Assembly: GCA_965219995.1 (NCBI GenBank) | Contig: CBDCOX010000002.1 | Location: 1,824,001 to 1,888,000 of the forward strand | Direction: 5' to 3' | Source: Candidatus Latescibacterota bacterium | GTDB lineage: Bacteria; Latescibacterota; UBA2968; GCA-2709665 | Length of the DNA stretch: 64,000 nt | Part shown: positions 28,396-37,410 of the stretch, piece by piece | Layout: every line of letters begins with the position of its first letter | Position numbering within the stretch: position 1 is the first letter of the stretch | Translations under genes and position numbers: made by a program | The notes under the pieces: generated by a model | Database searches by the model: none | Told to the model about the DNA's origin: nothing | The model's input: only the letters and a program-made list of their open reading frames with translations

Positions 28396-31300
28396 TCACC
28401 AGTTAACGCGCAGCCCGAACTGGGCGAGACGCGGCGAATGCGCGTACGAACGATCCCGGCTGTCGCCGTAATTCAGATAGTTCTTGTCGTCCGGCGTCGG
28501 TCCGTCCAGTCCGATATACGACCAGAGGTTCCTGTTGCTCGGGCTGGTGCGGTCCTTCTGGTTGAAAACGTTCCGGACGTCCGCGAACAGCGTGGGCTGA
28601 ACCCGGCCGGTCACATTGAAGGTCTTCTCAATGGCGAGGTCGGTACGCGAATCCAACGCGAGATCGCGATAGTACCGGTTGCCGCCTTCAGGCGGGGCGT
28701 AGTTGAAGATTCCGCCCGTCTGGATCCGGGAGGTGACGTTCAGCCGGAGATTCTTGAGAACGGTGCCGACAAACGAATGGCCGAACTCGAAATCGTCCGG
28801 GAACGACGCCAGGAGCGAGAAACTCCCGAAGTTCCGGCGGTCGCCGCTTTTGGGTCGGAAGAACAGCGTGGTATAGCTGCCCGAGTTGATCTGCACCGAA
28901 CAGTTCGGGCCGCAGTTCCCCAAAGCGGGATTGTCAACCGGCCGGAGGCCGTCCCACACGCCGGTACCCAACTGGCCGCCCTTGGCCCGCGCACCGTTTG
29001 TGAAATTCTGACCCTGCTGCGCGTATTTGACCAGGTCGTCTCCGGTCAGCCGGCGAGGGGCCTCGCTGCCGTCCGGAAGCGCATCCCAGTAAATCCAGAA
29101 ATTGGGAACGGTAATGCCGCGGTCCGTAAACGCGTTGGTTGTGGCCAGGTGCACGACGGTGGCCGAGTCCATGTAGACGTTGCGGATCACATTGCCGAGC
29201 TTGCCCGTGGTGATCTGCGACCACTGGTAGTTGTAGGCAACGTTGAACGAGAAGTTGTGCGAGAAGGACTTGCGGATGGACATCTCGACGCCCCGGGTGT
29301 CGCCGTACGCGCCGTTGTCCAGCGTCCGCGAATAGGGAATCCAGAAGTCCCTGGGGCCGACCCACGTCTCATTCGGATACGACGTGAAATGGTCCACCTC
29401 GCTCTTGTAATACGCGGTTAACGTGGCGGTGTAGTCGCTCACGAAGTTCCAGTCCGCGCCCACCTCGAAGGCCGTGGTTTTGGCCGGTTGCAGCAGGTGC
29501 AGACCGTTCTGTCCGGAGTACGTCGTGCGGAAATTGTTCAACCGCTCGGTTGCGTCGATCCGGCCGTTCTCGTTGACGTCGCGGTCGCCCGCGTCGCCGG
29601 AGGTCCAGTAGTCTTCCCCGAAATAGTACCAGAGGTCCGCCCACTGGAGGAATACGCCCGTGGAGAACCGCATCTGCGACCGCTCCGTGATGGGGTGCGA
29701 GACGCCGATCCGGGGGCTGAACTTCACGTGCCAGGGCGCGTCGGTGACCCACAGGGAGCCTTCCTGATACGCCCAATCGCGCGCACGCGTATAGTAGCGG
29801 AACATGGAACTGCCCCGGTACGCGCCGAAAGTCAGCTGGCGGGAGTTGGGATTGAACGTGTCGAGGCGGATGCCCAGGTTCACGATCATCCCCTGGAACT
29901 CCATTTTGTCCTGAATATAGGCGTTGAGGAAGAAGGGCTTGACTTTCTCGCCAATCTGGCCTTCGTCCATGATCACCCGCAGGTTCCGGGCGGCCGGGGT
30001 CGTATCGTAGCGCAGAATCATGGTGATGGCGCTGGTCTGATACTCGACGCCTGCCTTGACGAAGTTCCCCTTGGTGATCTGCGAGGACAGGTCGACCTTG
30101 GCGCCGATGCGCTGCCGGTCATACTGGCCGTACCGGGCGGCCTGGCGGCCGATGGCGAACCAGCCCGCCTGGTCGCGGAAGATTTCTCCGGTGACCTCAT
30201 GAGTGCCGCTGAGGGTGTCCATCTTTGAGCGGGAATGCGAGACACGCACTTCGTAGAACGTCCTCGGGGACAGCGTGTGCGTGAACACCGCGTACTGCAA
30301 TTCTTCGCTGAGGTCGTGCAGTCCCGCGGCGGACCACTTCTCCGGCAGGAACAGGTTTTGGCCGGAACCGCGCACCATCGCGCCGCCGCCGGAGCCGTGA
30401 CGCCCGCCGAAGAGGTCCGGATTGCCGTTCGAATACCAGTCCCAACCCAGGTACATCCCACCGACTTTCAGCTTGAGATTGGCCGTCGGCTTGATGGTAA
30501 GACTTCCCGATACGTTGATCGCGCCCGGGTCGTCCTGGAAGCTCCCCCGGTCATTATAAAACCCGTGCCGCTCCGCGCGCGGCGAAGAGGCGGCATAATG
30601 GTCTTTCTTGACCGTAGCCACGAACGACGCCCTGTCTCCGATGGGGCCCGACAGGTTGCCCTCGACGCCGAAACCGACCCATTCCGTGTAGTTCGTCCGG
30701 ACGTGGACCAGCTCGCCGGCGATTTCCTCGAAAACCGGGTTGTTGATCTTGCCGGAGAGATCCGGATACTTCTCATTCGCCCAGATGGGATTGTCCCACT
30801 GCACCTTGTCCTGGTGCTGCGGCGAATCGTACACGTTCTCGCCCCAGTGCTTCTTGCCGGCGGGCTCGTAACGGAACTCGCCCCATCCGTTCACCTCGCC
30901 GCCGCCTTCCTTGGTGATGATCTGGACCACGCCGCCCTGGGCATTGCCGTATTCGGCGGGGGTGACGCCCGTGAGCACGGACAGTTCCTGGATGGCGCCG
31001 CGGTTGACGCTGCGATAGCGCCCGCCGCGACCGCGTCCGTCGTTGTGGTTCATCCGCACGCCGTCGACCACGTATGCGACGTCGCTGGCGTACCAGCCGG
31101 CGTCGACGTACGCGCCGCGAATCCGGTTGGACCCGTCAACCGCCACGCCCGGCTGCAACTGCAGCAGTTCGGACGTCCGGCGGGCCGACGCCAGGTTGCG
31201 CTCGGTCTCTTCGAGAGAAACCGTGTACTTGCTGGTGGTCTTGTCCGGCTCGACCAGGGGTCGTCCGGCCGTTACCACCAACTCGCCCAGTTCGAGTGCG

Positions 31301-31629
31301 GTCTCTTTGAGGTTGAAGTTGATGGTCGTGGTGTGGTCGGAACTGACCTCCACGCCCGTCTGGGACACCGTCTCGTACCCGATCAGGGACGCCGAGAGGG
31401 TGTAGACGCCCGGCGAAATATTGATGATGACGTAGTACCCGTCGGCATCGGCCGTGGAACCCAGGTTCAGTTCCTTGATCACGACGTTGGCGCCCGGCAT
31501 GACTTCGCCTGCCTGGTCGCGCACGACGCCGTTGATTTTGCCGGTGACGCCCGCCTGCAGGTCGCCCGTAACGAAGCAAACGGCCGCGACCGCGACTGCG
31601 ACTCCGAAAAACAGAAGCTTACGCTTCAT
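28396..31629 (-). CDS. TonB-dependent receptor with N-terminal carboxypeptidase-regulatory-like domain
   Basis: TGKINGVVRD..G..MPGANV, plug LQLQPGV...IRG...YVVDG...AEYGNAQGGVVQIITK, FSPRIGVSHPI, ends GLRVNW. Confidence 0.92.
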   Translation of the reverse strand: MKRKLLFFGVAVAVAAVCFVTGDLQAGVTGKINGVVRDQAGEVMPGANVVIKELNLGSTADADGYYVIINISPGVYTLSASLIGYETVSQTGVEVSSDHTTTINFNLKETALELGELVVTAGRPLVEPDKTTSKYTVSLEETERNLASARRTSELLQLQPGVAVDGSNRIRGAYVDAGWYASDVAYVVDGVRMNHNDGRGRGGRYRSVNRGAIQELSVLTGVTPAEYGNAQGGVVQIITKEGGGEVNGWGEFRYEPAGKKHWGENVYDSPQHQDKVQWDNPIWANEKYPDLSGKINNPVFEEIAGELVHVRTNYTEWVGFGVEGNLSGPIGDRASFVATVKKDHYAASSPRAERHGFYNDRGSFQDDPGAINVSGSLTIKPTANLKLKVGGMYLGWDWYSNGNPDLFGGRHGSGGGAMVRGSGQNLFLPEKWSAAGLHDLSEELQYAVFTHTLSPRTFYEVRVSHSRSKMDTLSGTHEVTGEIFRDQAGWFAIGRQAARYGQYDRQRIGAKVDLSSQITKGNFVKAGVEYQTSAITMILRYDTTPAARNLRVIMDEGQIGEKVKPFFLNAYIQDKMEFQGMIVNLGIRLDTFNPNSRQLTFGAYRGSSMFRYYTRARDWAYQEGSLWVTDAPWHVKFSPRIGVSHPITERSQMRFSTGVFLQWADLWYYFGEDYWTSGDAGDRDVNENGRIDATERLNNFRTTYSGQNGLHLLQPAKTTAFEVGADWNFVSDYTATLTAYYKSEVDHFTSYPNETWVGPRDFWIPYSRTLDNGAYGDTRGVEMSIRKSFSHNFSFNVAYNYQWSQITTGKLGNVIRNVYMDSATVVHLATTNAFTDRGITVPNFWIYWDALPDGSEAPRRLTGDDLVKYAQQGQNFTNGARAKGGQLGTGVWDGLRPVDNPALGNCGPNCSVQINSGSYTTLFFRPKSGDRRNFGSFSLLASFPDDFEFGHSFVGTVLKNLRLNVTSRIQTGGIFNYAPPEGGNRYYRDLALDSRTDLAIEKTFNVTGRVQPTLFADVRNVFNQKDRTSPSNRNLWSYIGLDGPTPDDKNYLNYGDSRDRSYAHSPRLAQFGLRVNW

Positions 31630-31672
31630 TGTGAACCCTCCTTCAATGAGTTGTTACCCCGGCTGCGGCGGA

Positions 31673-32392
31673 TTACCGCCAGAAGTAAAACTTCATCTGC
31701 GCGCCGATATCGACCATGTGAATCGGCCGTACTTTCTCCAGACCATAGAAGAGCATATTACGCAGTTCGCCCACCACGAAATTATAGCGGGCGCGCAGGT
31801 CTATGGCCAGGTTCTGGGTGACAAAACCCTCGACGCCCACACCTGCATTGGCGCCAATGGTGTAGCGCTGATCGATCTGGTCTTCCATGACGAAGTCCAG
31901 GTCGATCGGGTCGTTCGTCTGGCGGGAATAAACCAGATTGCTGTTGATCGCGTAATAACGATAGAGGCCGCCGCCGACCAGGATATAATACCGATAATCC
32001 CTTGCCTTGAACCCGTGCGTGGCGTTCTCTTCGCCGACGAAAAGCAGGCCGTTCACGATCAGGTTGTTCCACGTAATCTCGGACTTGCCGTTCGGATGCG
32101 GGTATGCCTGTTCGTCGATCGGGTACACCCAGAGATCGGAAGCCGGTTTTCCGTTCGTGAACTTCGAGTAATTGTACTCGACTTCGACAACGGTGCGCTG
32201 GCTGGCCACGTAGCTCAAGGTTGCTCCGAATTTGCCGGTCGCGCCCCAGCGTTCGCCGAGCCGATGCATCGGGATGTTGTAATCGGCGATCCCGCCAACC
32301 GCCCATCTACCTTCCTGGGCCAATGCGCTGTCTGCAAGACCCGCCGCCGTCAGCGCAAAAACAACCAGAAAAGCGAAACGCACAACTTTCAT
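31673..32392 (-). CDS. outer-membrane beta-barrel protein
   Basis: Signal peptide, YYILVGGGLY, GANAGVGVEGF, ends KFYFWR; RBS GGAGG. Confidence 0.8.
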   Translation of the reverse strand: MKVVRFAFLVVFALTAAGLADSALAQEGRWAVGGIADYNIPMHRLGERWGATGKFGATLSYVASQRTVVEVEYNYSKFTNGKPASDLWVYPIDEQAYPHPNGKSEITWNNLIVNGLLFVGEENATHGFKARDYRYYILVGGGLYRYYAINSNLVYSRQTNDPIDLDFVMEDQIDQRYTIGANAGVGVEGFVTQNLAIDLRARYNFVVGELRNMLFYGLEKVRPIHMVDIGAQMKFYFWR

Positions 32393-32838
32393 CTACTCAC
32401 CTCCCTCATGAGAGTGAATGATGCGGAAACTCCCTTCCTCCCGTCCCTTCGTCCCACGTACGATATTTGCGAAGCTGTCTTCTCTTCTTTCGATAGACGA
32501 CCTCCTTTCGTTGAACGATCAGCGGCCCGCCCCCCGAATGATCCACATCCGGAACGGAATACCCGCGACGCCGGCGAGTTGAGGGTTTCTCGCCTGATGA
32601 CGCCGGTCTTCGCGTTTACGGTTGTGTCAGAAATCGGGGAACTATTCATATGTTGTGATGTCTGAAGTTTATACGGACAACAAAAAAAGGCATAATGCCA
32701 GAATCATGAAAGAATCAGGCGATTACACCCCGGCGTCCACCGAACACTGCCCTAAACCATAAATAAGACATATGAATTACCGTTAAAGACTGCAGGTTGA
32801 ACGCTGACACACTACGCCGTTTCTTACCGATTCGATAA

Positions 32839-32867
32839 AATTTAGTTGGGCCGGTTGAATTTGTCAA
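32839..32867 (-). promoter_or_regulatory. sigma70 promoter of the OMP-TBDR-PorV operon
   Basis: TTGACA-17 nt-TAAATT with an A-tract (UP-like) immediately upstream. Confidence 0.65.
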
Positions 32868-32912
32868 GTTTTTTTTATCTGCCCGACGTCGAAGAGCTAC
32901 TTAGAAAAAATC

Positions 32913-32979
32913 AGAAACTACAAAACACGCGAAAAAAACGAAAATCCGTGGCTGAAATCAATCGCAACAAGAAGCGCAA
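32913..32979. repeat. intergenic element, copy 2
   Basis: AGAAACTACAAAACACGCGAAAAAAACGAAAATCCGTGGCTGAAATCAATCGCAACAAGAAGCGCAA; colinear with copy 1, same orientation. Confidence 0.7.
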
Positions 32980-33230
32980 GATCTCGATGTTGCACGTCAG
33001 CCTAGCAATGCAATGATTTTCACCATTATGGGTGTCTCAAAGGAGCATGATAACTGTTTCAATGTTCGCGTGGAATCGGACGACGCTACGGAAGCCATCC
33101 GGAAACAGCGACGGCGCGACTGATGAAACACCTCGGGACGTGACTCGCCGGCAATATGCGAAGAGGCGGATCGCAAAGCAACCGCAATCCGCCTCTCAAT
33201 ACAATAACCTTCTACCGTGAACGTCAGGTC

Positions 33231-35642
33231 CTACTTCTCCAGGATCTGAAACCGCCCCTCGCGAACCGTCTGCTGACCGCTCACCAGGTCCTTCACCGTC
33301 ATTTTCACCCGGTAGCGCCCGGGCTTGCCCTTTCGCAGATCCAATTCGACGTAATCGGATTCGTCAGGCGAAGTGCCCACCTGCTGATAGCTCACCGTAA
33401 CCATTTCACCCGACCCCTTACGGGCCAATGTCTTCAGCTTCTTCCGCCCCCGGCGCACCTCGTACCCCACCTCGTACCGGGTGTTTCCGAAGGAATCCCT
33501 CGCCAGGTTGTAAATCTCGAAATACACGTAGACCGGATCGCCGGCACGAAACGCCCTGGACGGCGCCGCGGCAATCTGCCACTTTCCCCGGACCGATTTC
33601 GGGTCGGCGTCCGGGCGCGCCTCGACGACGCGGTACGCCACCTGGAGATCGCTGAGCAGCAACCGCCCGCTGTCGTAGTTGGGTACTTCGACCTCCTGGT
33701 GATATGCCTGCAACCGATTCGTATTCAGCCTGGACATTTGCAACGCAAGCCGATAGGCGCCAGGCGGCGCAGTCAGGTCGACCCGGTCCACCGCGAGCAG
33801 TCCCCTGCCCGTGCCGGCCGCCGATATTCGCACTTCCAGCCGGTCCCGCGTTGTCCGCACCTGTTCCGTCCGGTTTTCGATCAGGGCGATGCGCCGGTCG
33901 AGCGTGGCCGTGGTGTCCCGGTCTCCTTCCACCAGGACGTTGTCCAGCGGCAGTCCCAGATTCAGCTGAAGATCCGCCTCTCCGTTGCGGCCCCGGAACG
34001 TAAGGGCTTCGTAGTAGAACTCCATGGGATCCAGATGCGAAAGATCGTACCGCTCCGGCAGGTCCTTCGAGATTCGCGCGACCCGGGCGCCCGGCGCGAG
34101 GTTGGGCAATCGCGAGATCAGGCTGCGTATGGGACCCTGGCGCTGCATGGCGAGTTCGTTCAGGTCGTACCCGTCGGGAGTGGGCTCCGGAGCGAAGTCG
34201 TAGATGCCGCTGTATAATTCATCCGTAAACACGACTTCGAGGCCGTTCCCGATGTCTGCATAGATCCAGACTTCCCATCCCACCTTCGAGTAGTCCATCG
34301 CCGTGGTCACCGGCTTGTAATACGTAAGCCCCACATCGATTTCTTCAGGGCCCTGCACGGGCTGGTGGCTGGTCCGCCAGTCGGTGTTGGCAAGCGCCCG
34401 TTCGGCCGAACGGTCCGACCGGATGGGGTACACCGGACCGATGAAGTTCATGTTGTGTCCACGTTTTCCGTACAGCTGAAACGCCAGCTTTTCCTGCACG
34501 CGCTGCACGTTGAGCGGCACCTGCGCGTTGATCTGCCGCCAGTTCGACTTCCAGTCCGGTTTTCCGTACCTGACGAACACCCGGCCCCGGGCGTCGAAGG
34601 GCCACTTGATTTCACCGTAAAGGGTCATCGCCCGCCATACCCGCCGGTAGTGCTCCACGCGCCGCATCGCGCCGCCGGAAGTCTGGAACGGGTCGCGCTT
34701 CAGCCAGAACCGCCGCAGGAAGGCTTCCCGTTCTTCATGGGGTGTATCATGAAAGGCCTGTACGTCGTCTGTGCCCGCCACGATGGAGATGTCGTGAAAA
34801 ACCGACCGCGTCTTTGCCGGTTGAAGTGAGATATACTGCTCGAACGCGGCAAGGGCCTCTTCGTGATCGCCCCAGGCGGCCAGGACCTGCGACTCGAGGG
34901 GCAGCCCCCGCCGGGGACCCATCAGTGCCGCCAGCTGCATCACTTCGTCGTATCTGCCGATCTCCAGAAGGTACAGCGCGAAGTCGAATGCGGATTCCTC
35001 GTCGTCCGGGTCGCGCGCCAGGAACTCCTGAAAATACTTGATTGCCTCACTCGAATTCCCCCGCGACAGGTGGTAATCGGCAAGCAGCATGTACGAAGGC
35101 GCATGGTCCGGGTCGTAACGGAGCGCTTCCCGGACCGCGGCCAGAACCTCTTTGTTCTTTCGCAATTTCAAATAGGCACGTCCCATCAGGTGATGGGCAT
35201 CGACGTAGGAGGAGTCGACGTCAATGGCGTGTTGCAAGTTCCTCAGCGCGCGTTTGGGATTGTTCATCAACTCGAGATAGACGCGCCCCAGCCCGTATCG
35301 CGCCGCCACCAGCGTGGAATCCTCCACGAGCGCGTCTCGGAACCGCGCCCTCGCCCGCTGTGCATCCCTCGCCTTCAGATAGAGCATCCCAAGTCGTACG
35401 CGCAGCAGGGCGGGGCTGTGATACCCTTTCAGGGCGCCTTCCAGTTGACCGATTGCCACCCTGATGGAGTCCGGGTGCTCGGACTTCATCGCACGGATGT
35501 AGACCGCGTTCACATCCGCGGGCGAAAGCGCGTCCGCCCGCGCCGACGCCACAGCCCAGACGAAGACGCAGAGAGCCAGGACTGATAGAATCGCCGGCCC
35601 GCGCCGGTATTCGCGGTCGTCTGCCACGTAAAGCATCTTCAC
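33231..35642 (-). CDS. GWxTD domain-containing TPR protein (paralogue 2)
   Basis: TPRs, RFWLKRDP...EHYRRVWRA...PFDARGRVFVRYGKPD, WEVWIY, C-terminal VYFEIYNL and PGRYRVKMTVKD. Confidence 0.87.
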   Translation of the reverse strand: MKMLYVADDREYRRGPAILSVLALCVFVWAVASARADALSPADVNAVYIRAMKSEHPDSIRVAIGQLEGALKGYHSPALLRVRLGMLYLKARDAQRARARFRDALVEDSTLVAARYGLGRVYLELMNNPKRALRNLQHAIDVDSSYVDAHHLMGRAYLKLRKNKEVLAAVREALRYDPDHAPSYMLLADYHLSRGNSSEAIKYFQEFLARDPDDEESAFDFALYLLEIGRYDEVMQLAALMGPRRGLPLESQVLAAWGDHEEALAAFEQYISLQPAKTRSVFHDISIVAGTDDVQAFHDTPHEEREAFLRRFWLKRDPFQTSGGAMRRVEHYRRVWRAMTLYGEIKWPFDARGRVFVRYGKPDWKSNWRQINAQVPLNVQRVQEKLAFQLYGKRGHNMNFIGPVYPIRSDRSAERALANTDWRTSHQPVQGPEEIDVGLTYYKPVTTAMDYSKVGWEVWIYADIGNGLEVVFTDELYSGIYDFAPEPTPDGYDLNELAMQRQGPIRSLISRLPNLAPGARVARISKDLPERYDLSHLDPMEFYYEALTFRGRNGEADLQLNLGLPLDNVLVEGDRDTTATLDRRIALIENRTEQVRTTRDRLEVRISAAGTGRGLLAVDRVDLTAPPGAYRLALQMSRLNTNRLQAYHQEVEVPNYDSGRLLLSDLQVAYRVVEARPDADPKSVRGKWQIAAAPSRAFRAGDPVYVYFEIYNLARDSFGNTRYEVGYEVRRGRKKLKTLARKGSGEMVTVSYQQVGTSPDESDYVELDLRKGKPGRYRVKMTVKDLVSGQQTVREGRFQILEK

Positions 35643-35903
35643 AATCCTCCTGCGTCAACTACATATCTATTGGGCATATGATAAATGCGTTTTCGAAACG
35701 TCCGGCTCCACAACATCGTGGACGTTGCAGGCCGACCGAACGACTTTCGGACCCCTCCGTCGCACCCGCGTCGACACCGCGGCGGGCGCCACGGAAGCGC
35801 CGGCGGATGGAATTCCTGTCCACGTCTGCCATTTCAACGAACCAGCGCCTGAAAAGATCACATGAATTTACGAAATCTCAGACAGATCGCAAATGACGTC
35901 GAC

Positions 35904-35935
35904 AAAAAGCCCCCGGAAGTCATCCGAAGGCTTTT
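35904..35935 (-). terminator. intrinsic terminator after the DUF3179 gene (possibly bidirectional)
   Basis: AAAAGCC-TTCGGA-TGACT-TCCGGG-GGCTTTTT. Confidence 0.6.
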
Positions 35936-35976
35936 CGCTGGTACGTATATCCATCCGGCCGCGGCAGATTCCCGAT

Positions 35977-37191
35977 TCAGTGAATGCCGATGTTCTGCCA
36001 GAACGTGCCCCATGCGAACCAGAAACCGTTGTGCGACGGCAATTGCGTCAGCTTCCTGCCCTGGTGCGTGCCGGCGACGCCCTCTCCCTTCAGGTTCCAG
36101 GTGGTTCCGGTCTCCTGATCTCTCAGCAGGAACGGATAGGCGGGCAGCGTCGAATTCACCCGCTCGAACGTGAGCGTGGCTGCCTGGCCGTTCACGCTGA
36201 TTTCCCGCGAAAACGGAATGGCCAACTGCGCATTCCGGTAGTAGACCACCAGAACGGAATGCTGCCTCGGGCCTTCGTCGATGACGTCGTTGATAACGTC
36301 TTCGGCATGCATGGCCTCGAAGGGATAGGCCTTGACCATCTCGCCGAAACGGACGCCCATCGCCAGGTCCTTTGCACCGAACAGGGCAGACGTGGCTGTG
36401 TTCATCGCGGGAAATATAAAATAACCGTTCGCCGTCCGGTAGTCCCCCGCGGTCCGGTCAATGTATGGATACTCGGTGTATTTGCTGATGGGATAGCTGG
36501 TCGAGTTCCCGTCGATGACCCTGGTATCGGGGTGGATCCGCTTCCAGTATTCCCACGTGCATTCGGTCATCGGCAGCAGTTCCAGTTCCTCGCCCTGCCG
36601 CGGGCCCAGTACCGCCTTGTAGATCATCTGCGGGTAAAGCGACTGCCTGTCCCGACGGTCGTACATGATCAGGTTGTTGTTGAAGAGCAGACCCGACACC
36701 CCCACGTGTATCCGTTCGCCATCGGCGGCGACGCCGTTGAAGACCATCCCGGTGCCGGTCAGGGGGCAGAGCGTCACGATGACGCTTTCATCGCCCGCCG
36801 TATCGTTGATGACCTCGTGCCACCAGCCGATATTGTGCGGATAGGCCCTGGGCTCTCCGTTGATCACAATCCCCATGACGATATCGTCGTCGCGCAGATA
36901 ACCCGCTCCCGAAGCGCCGGCGCTGACGAAATCGGGATCGGTCACCGCGGGAATGCAATCCGCGCCGGCGCACCCGGAGACAATCGCGTCGGTCGGAAAT
37001 GAAGCCACGTCCAGGTAGTTGCCGCCGGCCCTCGGGGGGCGCGCATGCTCGCTGCGGCTGCCCGATGAAGACGACCCGCCCGTGTTCGTACCCGGCTCGC
37101 CGCCGGTGGGTCCTGTCGTGTCTCCGCCGCCGTTCCCGCACGCGGCGAACGCAAGAGCGACGATCAGGGGTAACGAAAAGAGACGGTTCAT
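35977..37191 (-). CDS. DUF3179 domain lipoprotein
   Basis: Lipobox LAFAAC; DCIPA..DP, RAYP, WHEVIND, TLCPLTGTG, GVSGLL.NNN..MYDR, GFWFAW. Confidence 0.85.
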   Translation of the reverse strand: MNRLFSLPLIVALAFAACGNGGGDTTGPTGGEPGTNTGGSSSSGSRSEHARPPRAGGNYLDVASFPTDAIVSGCAGADCIPAVTDPDFVSAGASGAGYLRDDDIVMGIVINGEPRAYPHNIGWWHEVINDTAGDESVIVTLCPLTGTGMVFNGVAADGERIHVGVSGLLFNNNLIMYDRRDRQSLYPQMIYKAVLGPRQGEELELLPMTECTWEYWKRIHPDTRVIDGNSTSYPISKYTEYPYIDRTAGDYRTANGYFIFPAMNTATSALFGAKDLAMGVRFGEMVKAYPFEAMHAEDVINDVIDEGPRQHSVLVVYYRNAQLAIPFSREISVNGQAATLTFERVNSTLPAYPFLLRDQETGTTWNLKGEGVAGTHQGRKLTQLPSHNGFWFAWGTFWQNIGIH

Positions 37192-37265
37192 TCCGGGCCT
37201 CCGTCGGGTCGCGCAAAGGACTCGAGCGTTTAGATCGAACAGATACGATTCCAACTTCCCCGAAT

Positions 37266-37345
37266 AATATACCCGGTACCGGGTGAAATGTAAACAGTAC
37301 AAAATTCCCGCGTTCCTTGACTAAATTTCATATTCAATATATTTT
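37266..37345. promoter_or_regulatory. back-to-back sigma70 promoters with a palindromic operator candidate
   Basis: Minus: TTTACA-17-TATATT (37294-37266) with palindrome ACCCGGTACCGGGT in its spacer. Plus: TTGACT-17-TATTTT (37317-37345). Confidence 0.6.
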
Positions 37346-37410
37346 ACCCACGCCCGGGACAGAACCGTCGTCCGGTGACCACTCTTTGAATCTAACGACA
37401 TTCCCGCCAG

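Noticed and set aside
32389-32649. 86-aa ORF in the TBDR operon leader
   Set aside because: No RBS or motif, and it overlaps the hairpin region; cannot be supported as a gene
35977-37191. Selenoprotein recoding in the DUF3179 gene
   Set aside because: The frame is open with Cys (CPLT) and no in-frame UGA
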